Shown: one piece after another, positions 17,901 to 29,349 of the stretch
How positions within the stretch are numbered: the stretch's first letter is position 1
Layout: each line of letters begins with the position of its first letter
Source: an uncultured Erysipelotrichaceae bacterium
Lineage (GTDB): Bacteria; Bacillota_I; Bacilli_A; RFN20; CAG-826
DNA: 64,000 nucleotides
Direction of reading: 5' to 3'
Assembly (NCBI GenBank): GCA_902777015.1
Contig: CACYSA010000001.1
Location: forward strand, 50,525-114,524
Notes under the pieces: generated by a model
Databases searched by the model: none
The model's input: only the letters and a program-made list of their open reading frames with translations
What the model was told of the DNA's origin: nothing
Program-made: the position numbers and the translations under genes

Positions 17901-19407
17901 CTTCATCAAATGAGTGAGTTCCATTAGCGTCTTTAAAAAATAAAGTTGTTTTTGCTTTTTTATCAAAATAGATGTCACCAATATCAACACTGACACTGTT
18001 GCAGTTTTCATTAATAAATGACAAATAAATTGTTAAAGAGGAGATATTATTAATATTTCTAGTTATTGGGACTTCCACTAACTGATATTTATCGAATTGA
18101 AGAACATTAATATCGACCGGCGAAGAAGATATGGTGTTTGATCCAGCAATGACTGCTCTTACTCTTTTAGATGTGTAGTCGTTTAATCTTAAATAAAACC
18201 TTAATACAAAATATCTATAATTGTTTAATAAAGAAATGGCATTATAAGAAAAATACAAAGAAATTGGTGAAGTTGCTCTAATAAATCTATGGTTGTTAAC
18301 ATAGATATGTTGGGTATTGCCTGTAATAGGAATATAAACACCAGTTTCTTTATATAATGTTGTAAAATCATCGGAAGATAAACCATTAAAAACCGCGGTG
18401 ATCTGAGCATTTTTATCCATTGAATAGGAATAAAATACACCGTTTTTAATGACACTCACCTCATTAGTGGTCACCCAATCATCCGTTCTTAAGCTATAAC
18501 CGATGCGCTGAATTGTTTCTATAGCGGTAAAAAGACCGTCACTTGGATGATAATATCCTTTAGATAGAGCTGTCACCAAAAAGTCATTGTATAAGTTTAT
18601 ATAATCGTAATGGATTTCATAAACATCATGAGTTTGATGATTGTCTAAATAGTCAATCCTGTCGAAAGATGAATCTGGTATTGAAAGATCGCTGTTATAA
18701 TGAAACGAATATAATTCTCTTTCATCACTAATACCAGCATCTATAGACATGCTTGTTAAAAAGTTAGATGTGTATTCCAAATGAAGCCTATTTGCAATAG
18801 CAATATTGTGATATAAGGTGATATATGAAAGTTTTGAATCGGTATAAGCAAAATTGATATGCGTATGAGTATCTCTTTCATCACAAACTCTTGTTAAAAA
18901 GCCGTTTGCATCATATACGATTGTTTTGATGTTAGTGTCGTCAAAGCCGTTAACAATTTGAACAAGTCGTCCATAATCGTCAAAATACAGCTTATCGTTT
19001 TTAGAATTAACGATTTCCGCCATAAAAGAGCTATCTTCATCAAAATATAAGTAGAGATTGCTTTCATTACAAAAATACAAGGAAGTTTTTACATAATAAA
19101 ATGTGTGTATATAACCAAAATCATCAATGTATTTATAAATTGGATGTTCGTTATCATCCTCACCATCTTCTATTAAGAATTGATGATAATTTGTTTTAAA
19201 TCTATCCGGAAGTCCTAAACAACGATTCGATATGCTTTGAGGCATTCTTGAATGATATACAAGATTAAAACTTAATTCATATGAGTCCCTACTAACAGAA
19301 ATGGCATCACTAATAAATCTCATTGATTGGTCAAACAAATTAAAGAAAGGATTGTCACCAATCTCTGTACTTGAAATATTCTGTCTAGGGAGAAGTTCAG
19401 TGGGCAT
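14902..19407 (-). CDS. YD-repeat / RHS-family polymorphic toxin, 1501 aa (paralogue of 4436-8794)
   Basis: YD repeats ([34 protein letters not shown]). RHS core end is [38 protein letters not shown]...[12 protein letters not shown], followed by a 172-aa variable C-terminus. Confidence 0.9.
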   Translation of the reverse strand: [1501 protein letters not shown]

Positions 19408-19432
19408 ATGATTCTATTTGTTATCTAACCTA

Positions 19433-19460
19433 ATTCTATCATTTACCACTGAAATAGCAA
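19433..19460 (-). promoter_or_regulatory. Putative sigma-A promoter for RHS2
   Basis: On the minus strand: TTGCTA (19460-19455), a 16-nt spacer, then TAGAAT (19438-19433). The -10 box lies about 25 nt upstream of ATG 19407, just downstream of the trmL stop. Confidence 0.45.
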
Positions 19461-19483
19461 CACGCACAATACGCGTACAGGCC

Positions 19484-19996
19484 TTAATCTTTGAATAAGA
19501 AATCTGGCCCCTTAATTGCTTCTTCAGTAGCGAGATTAGGGAACTTTTGTTGTCTAAGAACTTCATAGGCCACTAAAGCGACACAGTTAGATAAGTTTAA
19601 ACTTCTTGCTTCAGGGACCATTGGTATTCTCATTAATCTATCTTCATGACTTTTTAGGATGTCATGAGGAATACCAGTTGATTCTCTACCAAACATTAAA
19701 TAGATATCTTTAAGTGGATTTGATAAATCATAACTGGAATAGACCGTTTTAGCGTATCTAGTTACATAGAAAATATCGGCGAGAGGATTCTCTTTTACAA
19801 ACGCTTCATAGTCAGGATAAAACTTCATCTTTAAATCGTCGATATAGTCCATACCCACTCTTTTGAGGTCTTTATTATCCACAGAAAAAGTAATTGGTCC
19901 AATGATGTGAAGCGTCGCATGGATAGCGACACATGTTCTCATAATGTTACCAGTATTTTGTGGTTTTTCTGGACGATATAAGACGATATGAAGCAT
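19484..19996 (-). CDS. trmL: tRNA (cytidine/uridine-34 2'-O)-methyltransferase, SpoU/TrmL type
   Basis: 170 aa with PQNTGNIMRTC and the C-terminal knot motif LNLSNCVALVAYE. TAATG overlap with ppa. Confidence 0.8.
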   Translation of the reverse strand: MLHIVLYRPEKPQNTGNIMRTCVAIHATLHIIGPITFSVDNKDLKRVGMDYIDDLKMKFYPDYEAFVKENPLADIFYVTRYAKTVYSSYDLSNPLKDIYLMFGRESTGIPHDILKSHEDRLMRIPMVPEARSLNLSNCVALVAYEVLRQQKFPNLATEEAIKGPDFLFKD

Positions 19997-20559
19997 TAAT
20001 AGCCTCTAGCTTTTCTTTCCGCGACAATGCGTGGTTCAATATCGTGACGATATTTATCTAAACAATCTTGAATAATTTGTTCAGCGGCTTTTCTATCTTT
20101 AAATACTTCCACTGAAGTATCTTTACCTTCTAAGGATTTATAAACTTGGAAGAAGTGTTTGATTTCATCCATGATGTGAGGAGGAACTTCACTAATATCG
20201 TTATAGCCGTTATAGAATGGATCGTTTTTCGCAACAGCGATAATCTTTTCATCATTTAAACCGTTATCCGTCATGATGAGGACCCCAATTGGAAAACATT
20301 CTACAAGAGACATCGGCACTATTGCTTCAGAGCAAAGCACTAAAACATCAAGTGGGTCATAGTCATCAGCAAATGTACGAGGAATAAAACCATAGTTTTG
20401 TGGATAGTGAGTACTAGTAAACAAAACACGGTCTAAGATTAAATGACCTGTTTCTTTATCAAGTTCGTATTTATTTTTACTACCTTTAGATATTTCGATA
20501 ACAGCGATAAAGTCTTTGGGAGTAACACGAGAAATTTTAACATCATGCCATGAATGCAT
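19996..20559 (-). CDS. ppa: Family I soluble inorganic pyrophosphatase
   Basis: 187 aa with KYELDKETG, YPQNYGFIP and DYDPLDVLVL. Confidence 0.9.
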   Translation of the reverse strand: MHSWHDVKISRVTPKDFIAVIEISKGSKNKYELDKETGHLILDRVLFTSTHYPQNYGFIPRTFADDYDPLDVLVLCSEAIVPMSLVECFPIGVLIMTDNGLNDEKIIAVAKNDPFYNGYNDISEVPPHIMDEIKHFFQVYKSLEGKDTSVEVFKDRKAAEQIIQDCLDKYRHDIEPRIVAERKARGY

Positions 20560-20570
20560 AGGTTATCCTC

Positions 20571-23220
<2,650 letters not shown>

Positions 23221-23223
23221 AAA

Positions 23224-24732
23224 TTATTGATTTAAGTTTTCAAAAAATTCTTTCATCTCTTTTTTAAGGACTTCTTCATCCTCATTAGAGATTTCTTTAT
23301 TGTTTTGGATATTATCTAAAACATCTTGATGAGTTGCTTTGAATTGTTCATAAGCGGTATCAAGTGTTTTTCTCACTTCGTTTTTATCCAAGTTGTCTAA
23401 ATAACCATTCTTAGCGACATATAAGTCAAAGACTTGTTTATTTAATTGATAGACGTTATATTGCTTTTGCTTTAGCATCGCCATTAAGGCTTCACCATGA
23501 TTTAACACCGCTAAAGTGGAAGCATCTAAATCACTACCAAATTGAGAAAATGATTTCATTTCAAGATAGCTCGCTAATTCGATTTTTAATGCACGAGCAA
23601 CTTGTTTTGTGGCTTTAAACTGCGCGTCACCACCAACACGAGAGACAGATAAACCACTATCGATAGCCGGTCTTTGACCAGCGTTAAATAAATCGGCTTG
23701 TAAGAAGATTTGTCCGTCCGTAATAGAAATGACGTTAGTAGGAATATAAGCACTGATATCACCAGATTGTGTTTCTACAATTGGTAAAGCGGTAATGGAA
23801 CCACCACCAAATTCTGGTGCTAATTTGCATGCTCTTTCAAGTAATCTACTATGTAAATAGAAGACATCCCCTGGATAAGCTTCACGTCCTGGCGCTCTTT
23901 TTAAGAGCAATGATAAGGTACGATAAGCGACAGCGTGTTTACTTAAGTCATCATAAACGATTAAGACATCTTTACCTTGATACATGAATTCTTCCGCCAT
24001 AGCAACACCCGCATAAGGAGCGACATATAATAACGGAGCGGGTTCAGAGGCTGAGGCACTAACAACAATTGTATAATCCATGGCTTTAAAGCGTTTTAAT
24101 TTATCAACAATTTGGGCAACAGTAGAATTCTTTTGACCAATCGCAACATAAATACAAATCACACCTTTATCTTTTTGATTGATAATAGTGTCAATGGCAA
24201 TTGCTGTTTTACCTGTTTGTCTATCACCGATAATTAATTCTCTTTGTCCTCTACCGATTGGTGTCATAGCGTCGATCATGGTGATACCGGTTTCTAAAGG
24301 AGTATCAACACTTTTTCTTTTAATAACACCAGGAGCGATGACTTCAATTGGTCTTCTTTTATTTGTTTTAATATCACCTTGACCATCGATTGCTTGACCG
24401 AGTGAATTAACAACTCTACCTAAAAGTTCTTCACCCACTGGGACTTCCATAACCATCTTAGTGCGATTAACTAAATCGCCTTCTTTAACTAAATTATCAT
24501 TACCTAATAAAACAACACCCACACTATCGCTGTCTAGGTTCATAACCATGCCATATACATTATTTGGGAACAATAAAAGTTCACCAAGCATCGCTTTTTC
24601 TAAGCCGTAGACATTAGCAATGCCATCTCCAACAGAAACTACAGTACCAACATCGTTACTATCGATTTTGTGGCGGTAATTTTTAATTTGCTCTTTAATA
24701 AGAGCGCTTATTTCATTCGCGTGGATTTTCAT
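23224..24732 (-). CDS. atpA: F1 ATP synthase alpha subunit
   Basis: 502 aa with Walker A GDRQTGKT. Confidence 0.97.
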   Translation of the reverse strand: MKIHANEISALIKEQIKNYRHKIDSNDVGTVVSVGDGIANVYGLEKAMLGELLLFPNNVYGMVMNLDSDSVGVVLLGNDNLVKEGDLVNRTKMVMEVPVGEELLGRVVNSLGQAIDGQGDIKTNKRRPIEVIAPGVIKRKSVDTPLETGITMIDAMTPIGRGQRELIIGDRQTGKTAIAIDTIINQKDKGVICIYVAIGQKNSTVAQIVDKLKRFKAMDYTIVVSASASEPAPLLYVAPYAGVAMAEEFMYQGKDVLIVYDDLSKHAVAYRTLSLLLKRAPGREAYPGDVFYLHSRLLERACKLAPEFGGGSITALPIVETQSGDISAYIPTNVISITDGQIFLQADLFNAGQRPAIDSGLSVSRVGGDAQFKATKQVARALKIELASYLEMKSFSQFGSDLDASTLAVLNHGEALMAMLKQKQYNVYQLNKQVFDLYVAKNGYLDNLDKNEVRKTLDTAYEQFKATHQDVLDNIQNNKEISNEDEEVLKKEMKEFFENLNQ

Positions 24733-25272
24733 TTAGTTAAGCTCCTTTCCTAAGAGGTCAATTTGCATCTTTTCAAGTTGATTTTTAATTGAGCCATCAT
24801 AGACATGAGAATTGATGACGACTTTCACCCCACCGATTAAACTTGGATCAATACGGGAGATGAGTTCAACATCCATTTTTTCAATTTGACTGATTTTCGT
24901 TTTGATTTTGTTAATCGTTTCTTTATTAAGAGGAAACGCTGAATAAATGAGCCCTTCTTTCACGCCTTTATATTCATTGCATAATGAATTGAACGCTTGT
25001 AATACATCTTTGATGTAATTAGTGCGGTTATTATCGATAATTACTTTAATGAAGTTAACAATATCGTCATCAAAATCTTTAAGAATTTTACTAGCGATAT
25101 CTTGTCTTTCTTCTTTTGACATAAAGCGAGAATCTAGAAGCAATAAAAAGTCTTCATTATCGTCAATTATTTCCAATAATGCTTTTTCTTCCTCTTGGAG
25201 CTTAGAAAGTTTTTTTTCTTCTAAGGCCAAGGAGAATAATGCTTCTGCGTATGTTTGGGCTATTTGATTCAT
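24733..25272 (-). CDS. atpH: F1 ATP synthase delta (OSCP) subunit
   Basis: 179 aa, called from position and the OSCP-like N-terminus (YAEALFSLA). Confidence 0.85.
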   Translation of the reverse strand: MNQIAQTYAEALFSLALEEKKLSKLQEEEKALLEIIDDNEDFLLLLDSRFMSKEERQDIASKILKDFDDDIVNFIKVIIDNNRTNYIKDVLQAFNSLCNEYKGVKEGLIYSAFPLNKETINKIKTKISQIEKMDVELISRIDPSLIGGVKVVINSHVYDGSIKNQLEKMQIDLLGKELN

Positions 25273-25277
25273 TGTTA

Positions 25278-25820
25278 TTAATTTAATCGATTGATGAAAT
25301 CTTCGGCGAGTCTAGTATTATCTTTTTCATCGACTTCGCGTTTTAAGATTTCTTTTGAGGCAGTTAATGCAACATTAACCATCTCATTTCTAATGTCGTT
25401 AAGAGCGTCGACTTTGGCTTGCTCAATATCTTCTTGAGCGGCAAGTTTCATCTCTTTAACTTCTTCTTTAGCTTCTAACATCATTGCTTCATATTTTTCT
25501 TCGCCTTTTTTAGTGGCGTTTTCAATGATTAAGCTAGCTTCCGCTTTAGAGTCACTAAGGAGTTTTTTAGCTTCTTTAGTTTGTTCCACTGCTTCAGCGT
25601 GGTTCTTTTGTGCTTGATCTATTTCTTCTTGAATAAAGTCAGCGCGCTTTTTAAGCATTTTTTTAACCGGCTTATAAGCAAAGAAGAAAACCACAAGCAA
25701 AAGGATGATAAAAGAAGAGAATTGGATGACAAAAGAGAGCCAATTAGGTATTAGCTTATCGGCAATCGATTTCATTGTTTCACCAATGTTATCCATGTTA
25801 CTTAATATTTTAAGTACCAT
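25278..25820 (-). CDS. atpF: Fo ATP synthase b subunit
   Basis: One N-terminal TM helix and a long charged helix, in the expected operon position. The start may be an internal Met. Confidence 0.85.
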   Translation of the reverse strand: MVLKILSNMDNIGETMKSIADKLIPNWLSFVIQFSSFIILLLVVFFFAYKPVKKMLKKRADFIQEEIDQAQKNHAEAVEQTKEAKKLLSDSKAEASLIIENATKKGEEKYEAMMLEAKEEVKEMKLAAQEDIEQAKVDALNDIRNEMVNVALTASKEILKREVDEKDNTRLAEDFINRLN

Positions 25821-25835
25821 AAATCTTTCCTCCTT

Positions 25836-26060
25836 TTACTTTGTAAATAAAATCAAAATTGAGATGAGTAATGAGTAGATCGCTGTGGTTTCAACAAGAG
25901 CACAAGCGAGAATCATTGAAGTTCTGAGTTTGCCGTACATTTCAGGATTACGTGACATGCCGTCAAGTGCATGGGCACAAACCATACCTTCACCAAGAGC
26001 ACTAGGCATAACACCTAAGATGGCGATAGCAGCGGCTAAAACGTTTAATGAACCGGTCAT
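25836..26060 (-). CDS. atpE: Fo ATP synthase c subunit (ion site of two-carboxylate Na+ type)
   Basis: 74-aa helical hairpin with an RNPE loop. E24 sits in helix 1 and E57-T58-T59..Y62 in helix 2. Confidence 0.93.
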   Translation of the reverse strand: MTGSLNVLAAAIAILGVMPSALGEGMVCAHALDGMSRNPEMYGKLRTSMILACALVETTAIYSLLISILILFTK

Positions 26061-26800
26061 TGTTTCTTCCTCCTTTCTAAAGTATTTAAATCTATGTCTT
26101 CAGGAATTTCTTGACCAATGAATATTGAAGTCAAAAGAATGAAGACAAATGTCTGGATAAAACCAGAAAAGACATCAAAATAAGCGTGGAGAATGGCTAA
26201 AGGAATTGGGGCTAGGAACACTTGATTCCATTCTGTTTGCATGAATGAAAAGACCATGCCTGATAAATCTCTTAAAGCATATTCCACGATTGTTAATAAA
26301 GCCCAACCTGCAATAGCATTACCAAATAAACGCAAAGTGAGCGAAAGTAAAGGCGCCCACATGGAAATTAAGTTAATTGGTAAGAAGATTGGGATTGGGT
26401 CAATATAGCGTTTAAAATACGCCCATTTCGTAAATCTAACGGATGTGTAATGGATTAATAAGAATGTCGTTAAACCTAGAGACAACGGGATAGCCATATA
26501 TGTCACTGGTGAAGGTAAACCTGTTAATCCAAAGATGAATGAGATAAATAAATACATCGCCACACCCATGATAAAACCACCAAAGTTAGGTAATGTTGTA
26601 CCAACGAGTTCACGTGAGAAATTATCAAAGAATTTGACACCTATTTCCGCCACTAACAAAAGACCCTTTGGTTTTTTAAGGGGATTTTGACGCGCCGCTA
26701 AAATACCAACAATAATTGATAGAATAGCAATAATACCAATCACAATAAGTGAAGATATTAATTCTCCGGGGATGTCAGCTTTGAAAAAATTCTCAAACAT
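26057..26800 (-). CDS. atpB: Fo ATP synthase a subunit
   Basis: 247 aa, polytopic, with the conserved LRLFGN arginine motif (LTLRLFGNAIAG). Confidence 0.93.
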   Translation of the reverse strand: MFENFFKADIPGELISSLIVIGIIAILSIIVGILAARQNPLKKPKGLLLVAEIGVKFFDNFSRELVGTTLPNFGGFIMGVAMYLFISFIFGLTGLPSPVTYMAIPLSLGLTTFLLIHYTSVRFTKWAYFKRYIDPIPIFLPINLISMWAPLLSLTLRLFGNAIAGWALLTIVEYALRDLSGMVFSFMQTEWNQVFLAPIPLAILHAYFDVFSGFIQTFVFILLTSIFIGQEIPEDIDLNTLERRKKQ

Positions 26801-27179
26801 TTTTATCTTTTCCTATAAATGCGATGAATGTTAATAGGGAGTAACCTAAATAGGAAACTACAAGAAAGATGGGTGAGACAATCACGATCTTTAAGGTGAG
26901 TTGGAGGATGGCAAAGATAATCGTTAGAACCACTATTAGAGATAATCTTAAATAGATGGCGAAGATATCTAGCTTAACCCTCCCTTCACCTTTCTTTTTA
27001 TTTAAATAAAGTAAGAACCATGTAAGAGATACAATGATTCCACTAGTTAGAACCGCGAGAGGAATTTCATAATGACCAAGAAAGAATAAACATGATGTGC
27101 CGCCAATTGCGAGTATCATCGCAATTAGGGAGATCATAAAGGCCTTAAATTCAACTGTTTGGTTCCAAAATTTCTTCAT
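26793..27179 (-). CDS. atpI: Small 4-TM protein in the AtpI position
   Basis: 128 aa, four hydrophobic helices, immediately upstream of atpB. TAATG overlap with pfp. Called from position only. Confidence 0.5.
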   Translation of the reverse strand: MKKFWNQTVEFKAFMISLIAMILAIGGTSCLFFLGHYEIPLAVLTSGIIVSLTWFLLYLNKKKGEGRVKLDIFAIYLRLSLIVVLTIIFAILQLTLKIVIVSPIFLVVSYLGYSLLTFIAFIGKDKNV

Positions 27180-28306
27180 TATTTAACTTTGATACGTTTG
27201 AAGTTAGAAACAGGAGCGATGCCATCTTTATATGTTAATTTGACTTCGCCTTGGACTAATGGACGTAAATAGTCTCTGAAGCTATCGCTCATACGTGTAG
27301 CGTCGATAATCATTTCTGGTTTGACGTGGCTAACAGCGTTAGCAACTTTGCTTAATGGAGCGAGTTTATATTTAATCTTATATGGGTTTTGGCTAACTCT
27401 TTCAAAGATAACCATTTTACCTGTTCTACCTTTTAAAGCGGCTTGAACAGCTTTTTCACCAGTCTTGATAGCTTCTTTACGGTCCACTAAGGAGACGAAA
27501 GCTGGGAAGGCTCTTTGAACGATGGAGAATTCCACTGCTCTTGTACCGATGTCTAATCTATTTTCAACGATTCTGCAGAGTTCAGCAGCAGCGCCACCTA
27601 ATTGGGCGTGACCGAAGCCATCAACACGGACGTTGGTCATATCTCTTTCGAATTGTAAACCTTCAGAGATAGCAACTAAGGCAAAGCCTTTTTCTTTATA
27701 AACTCTTTCGACATCTTTTAAGAATTGTTCTAAGTCGAACTTCATTTCTGGTAAGTAAATGAGGTGTGGTCTTCCTTTTTTGAAACAGTTAGCGTCCATT
27801 GCAAAAGCGTTAACACTGTTCATGACAAATTTAGCAGCGCTTGGGAAACCTAAAGAGTGGTCAGTACAAGCTAAGTCGTTATCAATTGTTTTTGGCACAC
27901 CGATAACTTTGACATCATCGATACCTAATTCTTTAACGAGTTTGGCTAATTTATTACATGTATCCATGGAGTCGTTACCACCATTGATGAAAACATAACC
28001 GATGTTGTGTTTTTTGATGTTTTCAATGATCGCAGCGTATTCTGGAGTGTGAATATCCTTTGGAAGTTTTCTTCTGGTTGTACCTAAGATACTACCCGGA
28101 GTTTGGAGAAGAAGTTCGATTTGTTCATCATCTTCTAAACCTAAATCGATTAAATCGTCATCGATTAAGCCTTCAACACCGTGTTGAGAGCCATAGATGT
28201 GACCGATTAAATCTGGATGTTTTTTTGCTTCTTTAATCGCACCATATAATGATGTGTTAATGACTGAGGTTGGTCCACCGGATTGGATGTAAACCATGTT
28301 TTTCAT
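27179..28306 (-). CDS. pfp: Phosphofructokinase, predicted PPi-dependent
   Basis: 375 aa in the PFK family. It has GGNDS (Asp at the E. coli Gly104 position) and PKTIDND (Lys at the Gly124 position), both signatures of PPi specificity. Confidence 0.8.
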   Translation of the reverse strand: MKNMVYIQSGGPTSVINTSLYGAIKEAKKHPDLIGHIYGSQHGVEGLIDDDLIDLGLEDDEQIELLLQTPGSILGTTRRKLPKDIHTPEYAAIIENIKKHNIGYVFINGGNDSMDTCNKLAKLVKELGIDDVKVIGVPKTIDNDLACTDHSLGFPSAAKFVMNSVNAFAMDANCFKKGRPHLIYLPEMKFDLEQFLKDVERVYKEKGFALVAISEGLQFERDMTNVRVDGFGHAQLGGAAAELCRIVENRLDIGTRAVEFSIVQRAFPAFVSLVDRKEAIKTGEKAVQAALKGRTGKMVIFERVSQNPYKIKYKLAPLSKVANAVSHVKPEMIIDATRMSDSFRDYLRPLVQGEVKLTYKDGIAPVSNFKRIKVK

Positions 28307-28349
28307 AAGTGTAAATTCTCCTTTATATTTATATAAGATATATAACTAG

Positions 28350-28871
28350 TTAGATGATTTCCATGTGTAGATGTTTTAAAACATCAAAGGCCTTTTCTTG
28401 CATACTTAAATCGAATGAAGATGTGGCATCTCTAACAATCTTAATTCTGCAATATGGTGAGGCGAATGATTTAGCGATAACTGCATTAGAGAAAACACAA
28501 ATATCACTAACTAATCCACAGAGGTATATCTCATCGTAATTTTTCTTTTCGATATACTGACCGAGCTCTTTGCTACCAAAAGCATGTTTGATGAATGTTT
28601 TGGAATCACCAACAAGCTCATTAATTGATGGATATAATTCCCAACCTTTAGTGCCTTCAATGCAATGAGGTAATGGGAGGTATGCTCCTTCAGTAGTTTC
28701 TAAATAATCACTATCATGTGTATCATAAGTGAACACTACTTCATCATTATTGTCTTTGAACTTTTTAATTAGTTCCGCAATACGAGGGGCAATTTTATCA
28801 GCACCTTTGAATCCAAGGGCACCATCAACGAAATCGTTTTGATAATCGACGACAATGAGTAACTTTTTCAT
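28350..28871 (-). CDS. Isochorismatase-family cysteine hydrolase (nicotinamidase-like)
   Basis: 173 aa with VVDYQNDF and catalytic-Cys context LCGLVSDICV. Confidence 0.75.
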   Translation of the reverse strand: MKKLLIVVDYQNDFVDGALGFKGADKIAPRIAELIKKFKDNNDEVVFTYDTHDSDYLETTEGAYLPLPHCIEGTKGWELYPSINELVGDSKTFIKHAFGSKELGQYIEKKNYDEIYLCGLVSDICVFSNAVIAKSFASPYCRIKIVRDATSSFDLSMQEKAFDVLKHLHMEII

Positions 28872-29039
28872 ATTAAATCCTTCCTAGCCGAAACCACTAT
28901 ATCACATAATATATTTAAAAAATATAAAAATTGGAAAAAACCTTAATTGAAAAAACCACCTCGTAGAACAACGAAACATGTTTTATTTTAATTCTTGTCT
29001 TAAAATAGCTTTAAATCATTTAAAGTGCTCATCATCTAT

Positions 29040-29349
29040 TACGTTCTTGGATTTCAAGAAAATGTTTGTATTTTTAGCATCGATTATTCATACGTAATTT
29101 TGTTGCAAAAGAGGCAGCAGGTTTAGTTATTATCTTTGTTAATACACCAAGTTTGGCGCTTTATTGATAGCAACAATCATTGCTGCATCATTGTGTGACA
29201 CGATATGATCCTCGATTATGTTTATCATATTTATGTTTCTTTCCATAAAAGGATTTCTCTTACGACAGTTTCGAATATTAAATCATCATAATGCAAGAAT
29301 CTTGTGGAATACTTTTAGAAAAAAAGCAAAGACGATTGACGAACTTTAA
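29040..29349 (+). pseudogene. Possible decayed small membrane-protein gene
   Basis: Hydrophobic segments are split over three frames: MFVFLASIIHT / AKEAAGLVIIFVNTPSLAL / GALLIATIIAASLCDTI / MFIIFMFLSIKGFLLRQFRILNHHNARILWNTFRKKAKTIDEL-stop. The largest intact piece is 43 codons (29218-29349). Confidence 0.3.

Noticed and set aside
28872-29040. Structured small RNA (SRP RNA, tmRNA, RNase P, 6S) in the large gap
   Set aside because: I could not find the conserved cores (SRP domain IV GGAA/AGCA symmetric loop, RNase P GAGGAAAGUCC, tmRNA tRNA-like end). Only AT-rich sequence is present.
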